Source: an uncultured Sphingomonas sp.
Lineage (GTDB): Bacteria; Pseudomonadota; Alphaproteobacteria; Sphingomonadales; Sphingomonadaceae
Length of the DNA stretch: 64,000 nt
NCBI RefSeq assembly: GCF_964244265.1
Contig: NZ_CAXTHV010000007.1
Span: forward strand, 6,029-70,028
Direction of reading: 5' to 3'
Shown: one piece after another, positions 20,255 through 29,200 of the stretch
Layout of the letters: every line of letters starts with the position of its first letter
Position numbering within the stretch: position 1 is the first letter of the stretch
Notes under the pieces: generated by a model
Seen by the model: the letters and a program-made list of their open reading frames with translations, nothing else
What the model was told of the DNA's origin: nothing
Database searches by the model: none
Program-made: the position numbers and the translations under genes

Positions 20255-21604
20255 GTGACGCCACCGCCGAGCAGCGATGCGCTGATGCTGGATGTCCTGT
20301 TCCGGTCGCGTCGCCCGTCGCTCGACGAACATCATCGCAGCGTGGCGATCCCTCCCACCGGGTCGTGGTGGCGACGCGCGGGCGCCTTTGCCGGGCCCGG
20401 CTATCTCGTCGCGGTCGGTTATATGGACCCGGGCAATTGGGCGACCGATCTGGCCGGCGGATCGGCGTTCGGTTACACCCTTCTCTCGGTCATCCTTCTG
20501 TCCAGCCTGATGGCAATGCTGTTGCAGACGCTGTCGGCCCGGCTGGGCATCGCCGCCGGGCTGGACCTGGCGCAGGCGTGCCGCGGGCGGTTCGGGCAGA
20601 AGACCGTGATCGCCCTGTGGCTGTTGTGCGAACTCGCGATCATCGCCTGCGATTTGGCCGAAGTGTTGGGAACGGCGATCGCGCTGCAATTGCTGTTCGG
20701 CCTGCCGCTGCTCGTCGGCGTTGCGATCACCGCGTTCGATGTTTTCCTGATGCTGGCGCTGCAACGCTTCGGCTTCCGCAAGCTGGAGGCGTTTATCGCC
20801 ACCTTGCTGGTCGCGATCGCCGGCTGCTTCATCTACGAACTCGTGCTGGCGCGGCCGGACGTCAGGGGAATATTGAGCGGGCTGGTGCCCAATCCGGGGA
20901 TCGTCACCAACCCGGCGATGCTGTACATCGCCATCGGCATCCTGGGGGCAACGGTGATGCCGCACAATCTCTATCTCCATTCGTCGGTCGTCCAGACCCG
21001 CGCCTTCGCCACCCACGCTGCGGGCAAGCGCCAGGCGATCCGCCACGCTACGATCGACACGATAATTGCCCTCAGTCTGGCGTTGTTCATCAACGCCGCG
21101 ATCCTGGTGCTGGCGGCGGCGACATTCCACGCCGCGGGGCGCAACGACGTCGCGGATATCGCGGATGCGCACCGGTTGCTGGCGCCGATGCTGGGCGCGG
21201 GCGCTGCGGGCGTCGTGTTCGCGCTGGCGCTGCTCGCCTCAGGGCAGAATTCCACCATTACCGGCACGTTGGCGGGGCAGATCGTTATGGAGGGATTCCT
21301 CGACTTGCGCCTGCCGGTGTGGGCGCGCCGGCTGGTAACCCGTCTGCTGGCGATCGTGCCTGCGGCAACCGTCATCGCGGTGGCGGGCGAACGCGCGACG
21401 ACCGGCCTGCTGGTGCTCAGCCAGGTGGTGCTGAGCCTGCAACTGCCCTTTGCGGTGATCCCGCTGGTGATGTTCACTGGCGACAGGGCGCTGATGGGGC
21501 GATTTGCCAGCCCGTTCTGGCTGCGCGCGGTGGCCTGGACGGCCGCAGGGGTGATCCTGGCACTGAATATTACGCTGATCGTCGGGATCGCGACCCGCCA
21601 ATAG
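20255..21604 (+). CDS. mntH: Nramp family Mn2+/Fe2+ transporter
   Basis: [12 protein letters not shown] and [13 protein letters not shown] signatures, about 11 TM segments. Confidence 0.95.
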   Translation: MTPPPSSDALMLDVLFRSRRPSLDEHHRSVAIPPTGSWWRRAGAFAGPGYLVAVGYMDPGNWATDLAGGSAFGYTLLSVILLSSLMAMLLQTLSARLGIAAGLDLAQACRGRFGQKTVIALWLLCELAIIACDLAEVLGTAIALQLLFGLPLLVGVAITAFDVFLMLALQRFGFRKLEAFIATLLVAIAGCFIYELVLARPDVRGILSGLVPNPGIVTNPAMLYIAIGILGATVMPHNLYLHSSVVQTRAFATHAAGKRQAIRHATIDTIIALSLALFINAAILVLAAATFHAAGRNDVADIADAHRLLAPMLGAGAAGVVFALALLASGQNSTITGTLAGQIVMEGFLDLRLPVWARRLVTRLLAIVPAATVIAVAGERATTGLLVLSQVVLSLQLPFAVIPLVMFTGDRALMGRFASPFWLRAVAWTAAGVILALNITLIVGIATRQ

Positions 21605-21728
21605 CCCGCGGCGGAATGAAATCAGGTGAGCCGCAGTTCTGATCATCGCACAAGCCGGAAAGGACTGTCCTACATTGAACCTAAAGCGATAGATCGGCTG
21701 GTAATCCTTACCTTATTGGATGTAGCCG

Positions 21729-22040
21729 ATGACCAATGATGCCATTGCCCCCGTCAGCGACGAAGCACCAGCGCCATCGGCGGTCCAGCCGGGTGCTCCC
21801 GATCGCTGGACAAGGCGTGCGCGACCGACCTTTCTCTATGTGATGTATGCGTTGCTGCTGTGGGCGATTCCGACTGGGCTGGTTGCCGCGGTAAGCCCGG
21901 CCACCGCACGGGCGATGGCAACCGGCATGGCGCTATACTTCAACGCCATGCCGGAGCCGCTCTATACGCTCTTCGGCACTGGTTATCTGGGCTATACGCT
22001 CGCGCGCCAATGGGGAAAGGCCAGCGGCAGCGAGCGCTGA
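21729..22040 (+). CDS. 3TM holin-like protein (GTA_holin_3TM-like)
   Basis: DRWTRRARPTFLYVMY...PEPLYTLFGTGYLGYTLARQWGK is characteristic of this holin family. Confidence 0.72.
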   Translation: MTNDAIAPVSDEAPAPSAVQPGAPDRWTRRARPTFLYVMYALLLWAIPTGLVAAVSPATARAMATGMALYFNAMPEPLYTLFGTGYLGYTLARQWGKASGSER

Positions 22041-22102
22041 CCGCCGCGGCGTGCCGCACCGGGCTGCGTGATCTACTGGTGCTTCGTCAGGACGGCGCAC
22101 GG

Positions 22103-22130
22103 CTTGCGAAGTAACGAATGCTCCCCACAT
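22103..22130 (+). promoter_or_regulatory. Putative RpoH (sigma32) promoter of hslV
   Basis: CTTG-N17-CCCACAT, 7 nt before the hslV ATG. Matches the alphaproteobacterial heat-shock promoter pattern. Confidence 0.65.
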
Positions 22131-22137
22131 CGCCGCA

Positions 22138-22692
22138 ATGAGCAACGACATGGTGTGGCACGGCACCACGATATTGAGCGTGCGCAAGTCGGGCCGCGTG
22201 GTCATCGCCGGTGACGGCCAAGTCACTCAGGGCCAGACGGTGATGAAGCCAAACGCAAAGAAGGTCCGCCGGCTCGGAGCGGACGGCACTGTGATCGGCG
22301 GGTTCGCGGGTGCCACCGCGGACGCCTTTACCCTGTTCGAACGGCTGGAAACCAAGCTGGAGCGGGCCAACGGGCAGTTGCTGCGCGCCGCGGTCGAATT
22401 GGCCAAGGACTGGCGCACCGACAAGTATCTGCGCAACCTAGAGGCGATGATGATCGTCGCCGACAGCCAAGTGACGCTGATCCTGACCGGCAACGGCGAC
22501 GTGCTGGAACCGGAGGCGGGGATCGCCGCGATCGGCTCGGGCGGGAACTATGCGCTCGCTGCGGCGCGTGCGCTGGTCGAGTACGAGACCGACGCCGAGA
22601 CGATCTGCCGCAAGGCGATGGCGATCGCCGCCGACGTATGTGTCTATACCAACGGCCATTTAACGATCGAATCGATCGATCCCGCCGCCTGA
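22138..22692 (+). CDS. hslV: ATP-dependent protease subunit HslV
   Basis: [38 protein letters not shown]. Confidence 0.97.
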   Translation: MSNDMVWHGTTILSVRKSGRVVIAGDGQVTQGQTVMKPNAKKVRRLGADGTVIGGFAGATADAFTLFERLETKLERANGQLLRAAVELAKDWRTDKYLRNLEAMMIVADSQVTLILTGNGDVLEPEAGIAAIGSGGNYALAAARALVEYETDAETICRKAMAIAADVCVYTNGHLTIESIDPAA

Positions 22693-22709
22693 ACCTTCCG
22701 TCCGAAAGA

Positions 22710-23774
22710 ATGTCCATGCTATATGCCAAACTCGGTCAGACCGGCCTGATCGTTTCGCGCCTCTCGCTCGGCACGATGACCTTCGCCCAGGACAAGACGA
22801 GCGCGGTCGCCAAGACTGGCCCCGCGGATGCCGAACGTATCGTAGGCCGCGCGATCGATGCCGGGATCAACTTTTTCGATACCGCCGACGTCTATTCGGG
22901 CGGCGAATCGGAGACGATGCTGGGCCAGGCGATCCGCGCGCGGCGCGACGAGGTGGTGCTCGCCACCAAGGCGGGCTGGCGCACCGGCCCTGCGCTCAAC
23001 CAGTCAGGGCTGTCCGCGCAGCATCTCCACTGGTCAATCAAGCAAAGCCTGAAGCGGTTGGGCACCGACTATGTCGATGTGTACATCGCCCATCGCGACG
23101 ATGCGAACACGCCGCTTGAGGAAACGCTGCAAGCGCTCGATACGATCGTCCGCCACGGCAAGGCGCGCTATATCGGCTTTTCCAACTGGTCGGCCTGGAA
23201 GGTCGCGGCGGCGCTGGAGCTGCAGCGCGCCAATGGCTGGGCGCCCTTTACGCATGGCCAGATGATGTATTCGCTGCTCGGCCGCGACATCGAGCCGGAG
23301 GTCGTGCCGATGATGCGCCGTTACGGCCTCGGGCTGACCGCGTGGAGCCCGCTCGCCAGCGGTTTTCTCAGCGGTAAATACGCGCGCGGGGCCGCCGGCG
23401 GCGCGGAAGACAGGCTGGCCGATCTCCAACAGGCCCAATTCAACGTCGAAGCCGGATTCGCGCTCGTCGACCAGTTGCGCCCGATCACCGCGACGCACGG
23501 CGCCAGCGTTGCGCAGGTGGCGATCGCGTGGCTGCTGGCGAGGGATGTGGTGTCGAGCGTGATCCTGGGCGCATCGAAGCTCGAACAGCTCGAGGAAAAT
23601 CTCGGCGCGGCCGACCTTGCGCTGTCGGCGGACGAACTGGCGGTGCTTGATGCGGCGACCGCGCCAAAGCACGGCTATCCCGCTACGGTGGTCAACGTCC
23701 TTGATACGCCGATCGTCACGGCACTCGCCCGGCGGCCCGGCGAGCCACTGCAGAAAGCAAGCCCGCAGAAATGA
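22710..23774 (+). CDS. Aldo/keto reductase
   Basis: [46 protein letters not shown]. Confidence 0.9.
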   Translation: MSMLYAKLGQTGLIVSRLSLGTMTFAQDKTSAVAKTGPADAERIVGRAIDAGINFFDTADVYSGGESETMLGQAIRARRDEVVLATKAGWRTGPALNQSGLSAQHLHWSIKQSLKRLGTDYVDVYIAHRDDANTPLEETLQALDTIVRHGKARYIGFSNWSAWKVAAALELQRANGWAPFTHGQMMYSLLGRDIEPEVVPMMRRYGLGLTAWSPLASGFLSGKYARGAAGGAEDRLADLQQAQFNVEAGFALVDQLRPITATHGASVAQVAIAWLLARDVVSSVILGASKLEQLEENLGAADLALSADELAVLDAATAPKHGYPATVVNVLDTPIVTALARRPGEPLQKASPQK

Positions 23775-25072
23775 ACGACGCGCTTACTCCCAAGGCCATC
23801 GTTGCCGCGCTCGATGCGCATATCATCGGCCAGCAGGACGCCAAGCGCGCGGTCGCGGTGGCGCTGCGCAATCGCTGGCGCCGGCAGCGGCTCGGCGCCG
23901 ATTTGCGCGATGAGGTCACGCCCAAGAACATCCTGATGATCGGGCCGACCGGTTGCGGCAAGACCGAGATCAGCCGGCGGCTGGCGAAGCTGGCCGATGC
24001 GCCCTTCATCAAGGTCGAGGCGACCAAGTTTACGGAGGTCGGCTATGTCGGCCGCGATGTCGAGCAGATCGCGCGCGACCTGGTCGAGGAAGCGATCCGG
24101 CTGGAGAAGGACCGCCGTCGCTCTGCGGTCAAGGACAAGGCCGAGGAAGCGGCGATGGCGCGCCTGCTCGATGCGCTGGTCGGCAAGGATTCGAGCCAGG
24201 CCACGCGCGAGAGCTTTAGGCAGCGTTTCCGGGATGGACATCTCGACCAGACCGAGATCGAGGTCGAGGTGGAAGCTCAGCCCCAGATGCCGTTCGAGAT
24301 CCCCGGCGGCGGCCAGGTCGGCATGATCAACCTGGGCGAGATGATGGGCAAGGCGTTTGGCAGCGGCCAGAATTTGAAGCGGCGCAAGCTTGCCGTTCCC
24401 GCCGCCTGGACGAAGCTGGTCGAGGAGGAAGCCGATAAGCGGCTTGACCAGGACGAGGTCAGCCGCGTCGCGCTTGCAGATGCCGAGGACAACGGCATTG
24501 TCTTCCTCGACGAAATTGACAAGATCGCGGTCAGCGACGTGCGCGGCGGATCGGTCAGCCGCGAGGGCGTACAGCGTGACCTGCTGCCGCTGATCGAGGG
24601 GACCACGGTCGCGACAAAATACGGCCCGATGAAGACCGACCACATCCTGTTCATCGCCAGCGGCGCGTTCCATGTCGCCAAGCCCAGCGACCTGTTACCC
24701 GAACTTCAGGGCCGCCTGCCCATTAGGGTCGAGTTGAAGGGCCTGACCGAGGACGATTTCGTCGCGATCCTGTCCGATACCAAGGCATCGTTGCCCGAAC
24801 AATATGGTGCACTGATCGGGACCGAGGGCGTGACTATCCATTTCACCGACGACGGTATCCGCGCAGTCGCGCGGATCGCCGCCGAAGTGAACAATGCGGT
24901 CGAGAATATCGGCGCGCGCCGGCTGCAGACGGTCATGGAGAAATTGCTCGAGGACGTCAGCTTCAATGCCGAGGATCGTGCGAGATCAACGCTGACGGTC
25001 GACGCCGCCTATGTCGACCAACAACTGGCGAGCATCGCCCGCAACACCGACCTCAGCCGCTTCGTGCTCTGA
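23771..25072 (+). CDS. hslU: ATP-dependent protease ATPase HslU
   Basis: GPTGCGKTE Walker A, GYVG pore loop, [16 protein letters not shown]-terminal DLSRFVL. Confidence 0.97.
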   Translation: MNDALTPKAIVAALDAHIIGQQDAKRAVAVALRNRWRRQRLGADLRDEVTPKNILMIGPTGCGKTEISRRLAKLADAPFIKVEATKFTEVGYVGRDVEQIARDLVEEAIRLEKDRRRSAVKDKAEEAAMARLLDALVGKDSSQATRESFRQRFRDGHLDQTEIEVEVEAQPQMPFEIPGGGQVGMINLGEMMGKAFGSGQNLKRRKLAVPAAWTKLVEEEADKRLDQDEVSRVALADAEDNGIVFLDEIDKIAVSDVRGGSVSREGVQRDLLPLIEGTTVATKYGPMKTDHILFIASGAFHVAKPSDLLPELQGRLPIRVELKGLTEDDFVAILSDTKASLPEQYGALIGTEGVTIHFTDDGIRAVARIAAEVNNAVENIGARRLQTVMEKLLEDVSFNAEDRARSTLTVDAAYVDQQLASIARNTDLSRFVL

Positions 25073-25099
25073 CCGGCAGCGGCGCCGGGCCCGCAAAAG

Positions 25100-25687
25100 T
25101 CAGCCAGCCACCTCCTTGAGCAGCTTCTGTATATCCAGGGCAGGTGCGAAACTGAACCCTGCGTCGTCGTCCGCTACCCACCGGACATGGCCCGACAACG
25201 GCGATGGCGACGTGCCCAGCGTGAGTTGCGCTGGCCGGTTGGACGGGACACCGGTCATGCCGCGCAGCCGGACGCCGCCCACGCTGATATTGGCCACCTC
25301 GACGCGCAACCGTTTGCGGTCGATGCATAACTCGGCCTTGCGATTGATCGTGAAGCGCGGCCCCCGCGCGGTAATCCCCATGGCGTCCCGGCCGCGTTTG
25401 CACATCCGATCGATGTCCTGCGGCACGCTGAATGCCAGTCCGGCATGATGGTCGAGCCGCCAGACCACGCACGCGGCGCATGGGTTGAGTCCCAGCATCT
25501 CGACGATGACATAGCAGCCCGTGCCGGGTGGATCGGGCATCTCGATCTTGAGCCCGCTGTCGGAGATATCGCGGACCATGCAGATATGCTCTTGGCCGCC
25601 CGACACGATCTTGCCCAGCGCCAGTACGCTCTTGTTGCGTGCTTCTTCCCGCCGTTCGGCGAAATGGGTTTCAACACGGGTGGCCAT
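25100..25687 (-). CDS. Tandem PilZ-domain protein
   Basis: RxxxR/DxSxxG motifs twice: RREEAR...DISDSG and RGPR...NISVGG. Confidence 0.85.
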   Translation of the reverse strand: MATRVETHFAERREEARNKSVLALGKIVSGGQEHICMVRDISDSGLKIEMPDPPGTGCYVIVEMLGLNPCAACVVWRLDHHAGLAFSVPQDIDRMCKRGRDAMGITARGPRFTINRKAELCIDRKRLRVEVANISVGGVRLRGMTGVPSNRPAQLTLGTSPSPLSGHVRWVADDDAGFSFAPALDIQKLLKEVAG

Positions 25688-25705
25688 GATCCCTTCCTCT
25701 TTTGG

Positions 25706-26236
25706 TCATTTGATCTTCACGCGGTAGCGAAGCTGGAACGAGCCGGTGGTGCTGAAGGTCGTGACCGGCTTCACCCGGATTGCCCGGACGTTTGCATCGT
25801 ACCCATCGGCATCGGGCACCGGCACGTATGACCAGGTCGTCCCGTCGGTCGAAAATTCAATGCAATCGGTAATGCTCGATAGCGAGGTGAAGCCGCAGGT
25901 CAGCCCGCTGCTGCCCAATCCCAAGCCAAGCAGGTTGCCATCGACGAACTCGACGGGCCCCATGCCGGGTCCGGCAAGGTCGGTGACACGCAGGATGACA
26001 TTGGCCGGAAGCACGTCCACCACCACGATTGCGCGGACCGGCTGGGCGGCGTTGGCCAGCGGATTGGTGAACAGCACCTTGTAATCGGCCACCGCTCCCG
26101 GCAGCGACTTGGGTGCCGCCGAGCCGACCGGATCCGATATGACGGCCACGGTCTTGGTCACGACGAGGTCCGCCGCCACCGCCGCCCGCGGCTGGAGCAT
26201 TGCCGCGATCGCGCAGATCAGGATCGCGCGCTTCAT
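25706..26236 (-). CDS. Secreted DUF11-like protein, acceptor half only
   Basis: Signal peptide, then DLVVTKT...PGAVADY...TN...VVDVLP...LRYRVKIK-stop. Confidence 0.75.
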   Translation of the reverse strand: MKRAILICAIAAMLQPRAAVAADLVVTKTVAVISDPVGSAAPKSLPGAVADYKVLFTNPLANAAQPVRAIVVVDVLPANVILRVTDLAGPGMGPVEFVDGNLLGLGLGSSGLTCGFTSLSSITDCIEFSTDGTTWSYVPVPDADGYDANVRAIRVKPVTTFSTTGSFQLRYRVKIK

Positions 26237-29200
26237 CGTCCGCCTCCGAAGATCGCCCGCGTGGCGCCGCCAAGCGAGAGCTGGTCGAACTTCAACCGCA
26301 GCGTGACGTACGGGCCCGCGCGCGTATAGCGATCGTCGTCGAAATCGCGATCGCGATACCCCGACACGTTATAACCCGCGGTCAGCCACAGGTTCTTCGC
26401 GGGCGCCGTGCCGACCGAGGGACCGACGCTGAATGCGAACGCGCCGCGGCTCCACGCATGCTGGACGGTCCCCTGTACACCGAGATCGAAGCGCCGCCCG
26501 ACATCCTTGCGCAACTCGAATCCGACCGCGTCGACATAGCCTTGATAATCGTCCGGGCCGAAGCTGCCGCGGACCCATTTCGCGCCATAATAGACGGTCG
26601 CCTGGAAGCCATGGCCATCGCCCTCGCCGCCGGTGCGGTAATTGATCGCAAGGTTGTTGATCACCCGCAGCGTCGCCTGGAAACCGTTGCCGTACGCAGA
26701 AACTCCGAGGATGTTGCTGCCGGTGAACCCCGTGTCGGCACTCTCGCGGCGCAGTTGCAAGCGTTCCAGTACTGACCAGCGGCTGTCGGGCGGACGAACC
26801 GCCAGCGCCATATCGGCGGCCAGCGAGGCGGCCTTGGCACCCTTTTTGTCGATCAGGTCGTAATATCTGATGCTGGCTGCAAGCGTCCGGCCCTGGCCGA
26901 GAGAACGCAGCGCATCGCTGGTGATCCCCCAGCGGGTGTTGGCGTCCGAGCGGCGATATTCGACACGCCCGTTCCACGACCAGCGATCGGCACGATAGCC
27001 GGCGGCGGTGGTTAGGGCTGTGTAGTTGCCGTTCAGGTAATTGCCGAGGGACGCGCCCGTCGCGGTGGTGGCAAATGCGTCGATAAACGCGCCCGCGGGG
27101 ACGGTGCCGCGCATTGTGGTGCTGGCGTCAAGCGTGAAGTCGATCGTCCAGCGCCTGCCGAGCGGCAGCGACTGGCTCATGCCGTATTCGGCATAGGTGC
27201 GCTGGCCGTCTTCACCGATCGCCTGCCGGTTCATCGTCGCCATCAGCTTGGCGCCGGTCCAGGGCGCGACGTCGAAGCCGACCCGCGCGGTGCGCGCCGT
27301 GAAATCCTTGCCCTGCGCTATCTCGTACCCGCCGAGCAGGCGGATGCCATCCCGGACGCGCCAGGCCGCCATCAGCTGCTGGCGCGTCGGGAAGTCCACG
27401 CTGGCCTTGTCGCCGCCCGGCGCGACCTGCACCTGGCCCGACAGGGTCAAATTGCCCTTGAACAATGCCTGACTGCCGCCGATCGTCAGCAGGCGCGAGC
27501 CGCGCGGCTGGCCGTCAATTCCCTGGTCGTCGGCGAACTGACCGCCGATGAACACGGTCCCGCTCGGGCGGCGATATTCCAGGCGGACGTCGGCGGCGGT
27601 GCGCGAGCCGGGGCCGTCGAGCTGGCGCGAATTCCACGCCGTCAGGGTCATCGCCAATCTGTCGGTCAGCGCGGCGCGCGCGTCGATCCCGAACTTGCGC
27701 GTTCCCGCCTCGACCAGGTTCTGCTGGCCCAGCCCGAACGTCGTGTCCTGGCTGCGCGCATAGGCGATCAGGTCGATGCGCCGGTCGTGATGCTCGACTT
27801 CGGCCAGCCAGGCGCGGCCGGTGCCGAGGCCGAACTTGCCGCCGGTCGCCACCTCGCCGCGCAGCTCGGTGGTCGGGGTCGGCTTCACGCGGAGGTCGAG
27901 GCCCGCCACGGTGGCCTTGCCGACGCTCTCGTCGCGCAGCACGCTGGCGCCGAGCTGGGCCTTGCCGCCGGCGATCCTGACCGCGGCGCGCGCGCCGGCG
28001 ACCAGTCGCCGGTCGGCGCCATAGGTTTCGTAATCGGCGACGATGAAGGTCGGGTTGAGATCGGCGTCGCGCCCCAGCACCGGCTCGCGAAAACGGATCG
28101 TGCCGGCGACCGGATCGATGTCATAGTCGACGTGTCGCGTCAGCTGGGTCGACGACAGGACGAGCTCGGGACGCAGGCGATCGCGCACCTCGATCCTGAT
28201 CTTGTCGCTGTTGGGGACGATGTCGCGGCCGGTCAGCCGGTACGGCCCGGACAGGCCGTTACCCTGGATCTCGTCGCGCGCGAAGAGCTGGTCGGTGTTC
28301 GCGGCGAACGCGGTAAAGCCGACCCGGTTGCCCTGATATTCGGCCTTCACCCCGTTCAGCGTGCGGCTGTAGCGGGTCAGCTGGCTGTCGGTCAGCCCGG
28401 TCTCGAAATCGCCGAACAGCGCGTAGAAGTCGCGGCGTTCGAGCCGCAGGTAGAGCTTGCGATCGGTCGGCGCGTCATAGCTCTGCCGCGAGCCGTCGCC
28501 ATAGACGGTATAATAACGGTCGGGGTCGATCGTGCCGAGCAACCCGCGCGTGCGATCCAGCTTGCGGTCGCTGTCATAGGCGATGGTCAGCAGCCACGAT
28601 CCCTTGACGCGCCCCTTTGCGTAGAAGGCGAGCTGGCCGTCGGTGACGACGCCGCCCTTGACGCCGCGGGGCAACGCCGAACTGCGCGTCTTGAGCGTGT
28701 CATAGCCGACCGTGCCCGCGCCGAACCCGACGACGATCCAGTCGCGCCCCGCGCCCGACAGCCAGGCGCGGACCTCGCTGGTACGCGAGATCTTCTCGTC
28801 GGCGAGCGTGACGACGACGTGGACGTTCCCCGCCTGGGTGGTCGGCTGCAGCGCGATGAAGGCCATGCCGTCATCGCCGACGACCCGCGCCGTGGTCTGT
28901 GCACGATCGCGACCGGCGAGCTGGTTGCCCTGTTCGAGCTCGGCGTCGATCGCCGCCGAATAAGGCTGGTCGACGTGGAACGGGACGAGCGTGCCGGCGC
29001 GCACCGGACGGCCGTCGCGGTCGGTCACCCGCACCGCGACAAGCGGGCGCGCAAGCCCGTCGGCGATCAGCCGGCTCATCCCGGGCACGATCGTCGCGCG
29101 GGTGCCGATGCTCGACGAATGGACCAGGCGGGTCAGCACGGTGACCGTTGCGCCGTTCGCGTCCAAGACGCGCGCTTCGATGCGGTTGTCGCCCTCGTTT

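Noticed and set aside
21729-22040. Prophage around the holin-like gene
   Set aside because: Flanked by mntH and hslV, with no structural, replication or integrase genes.
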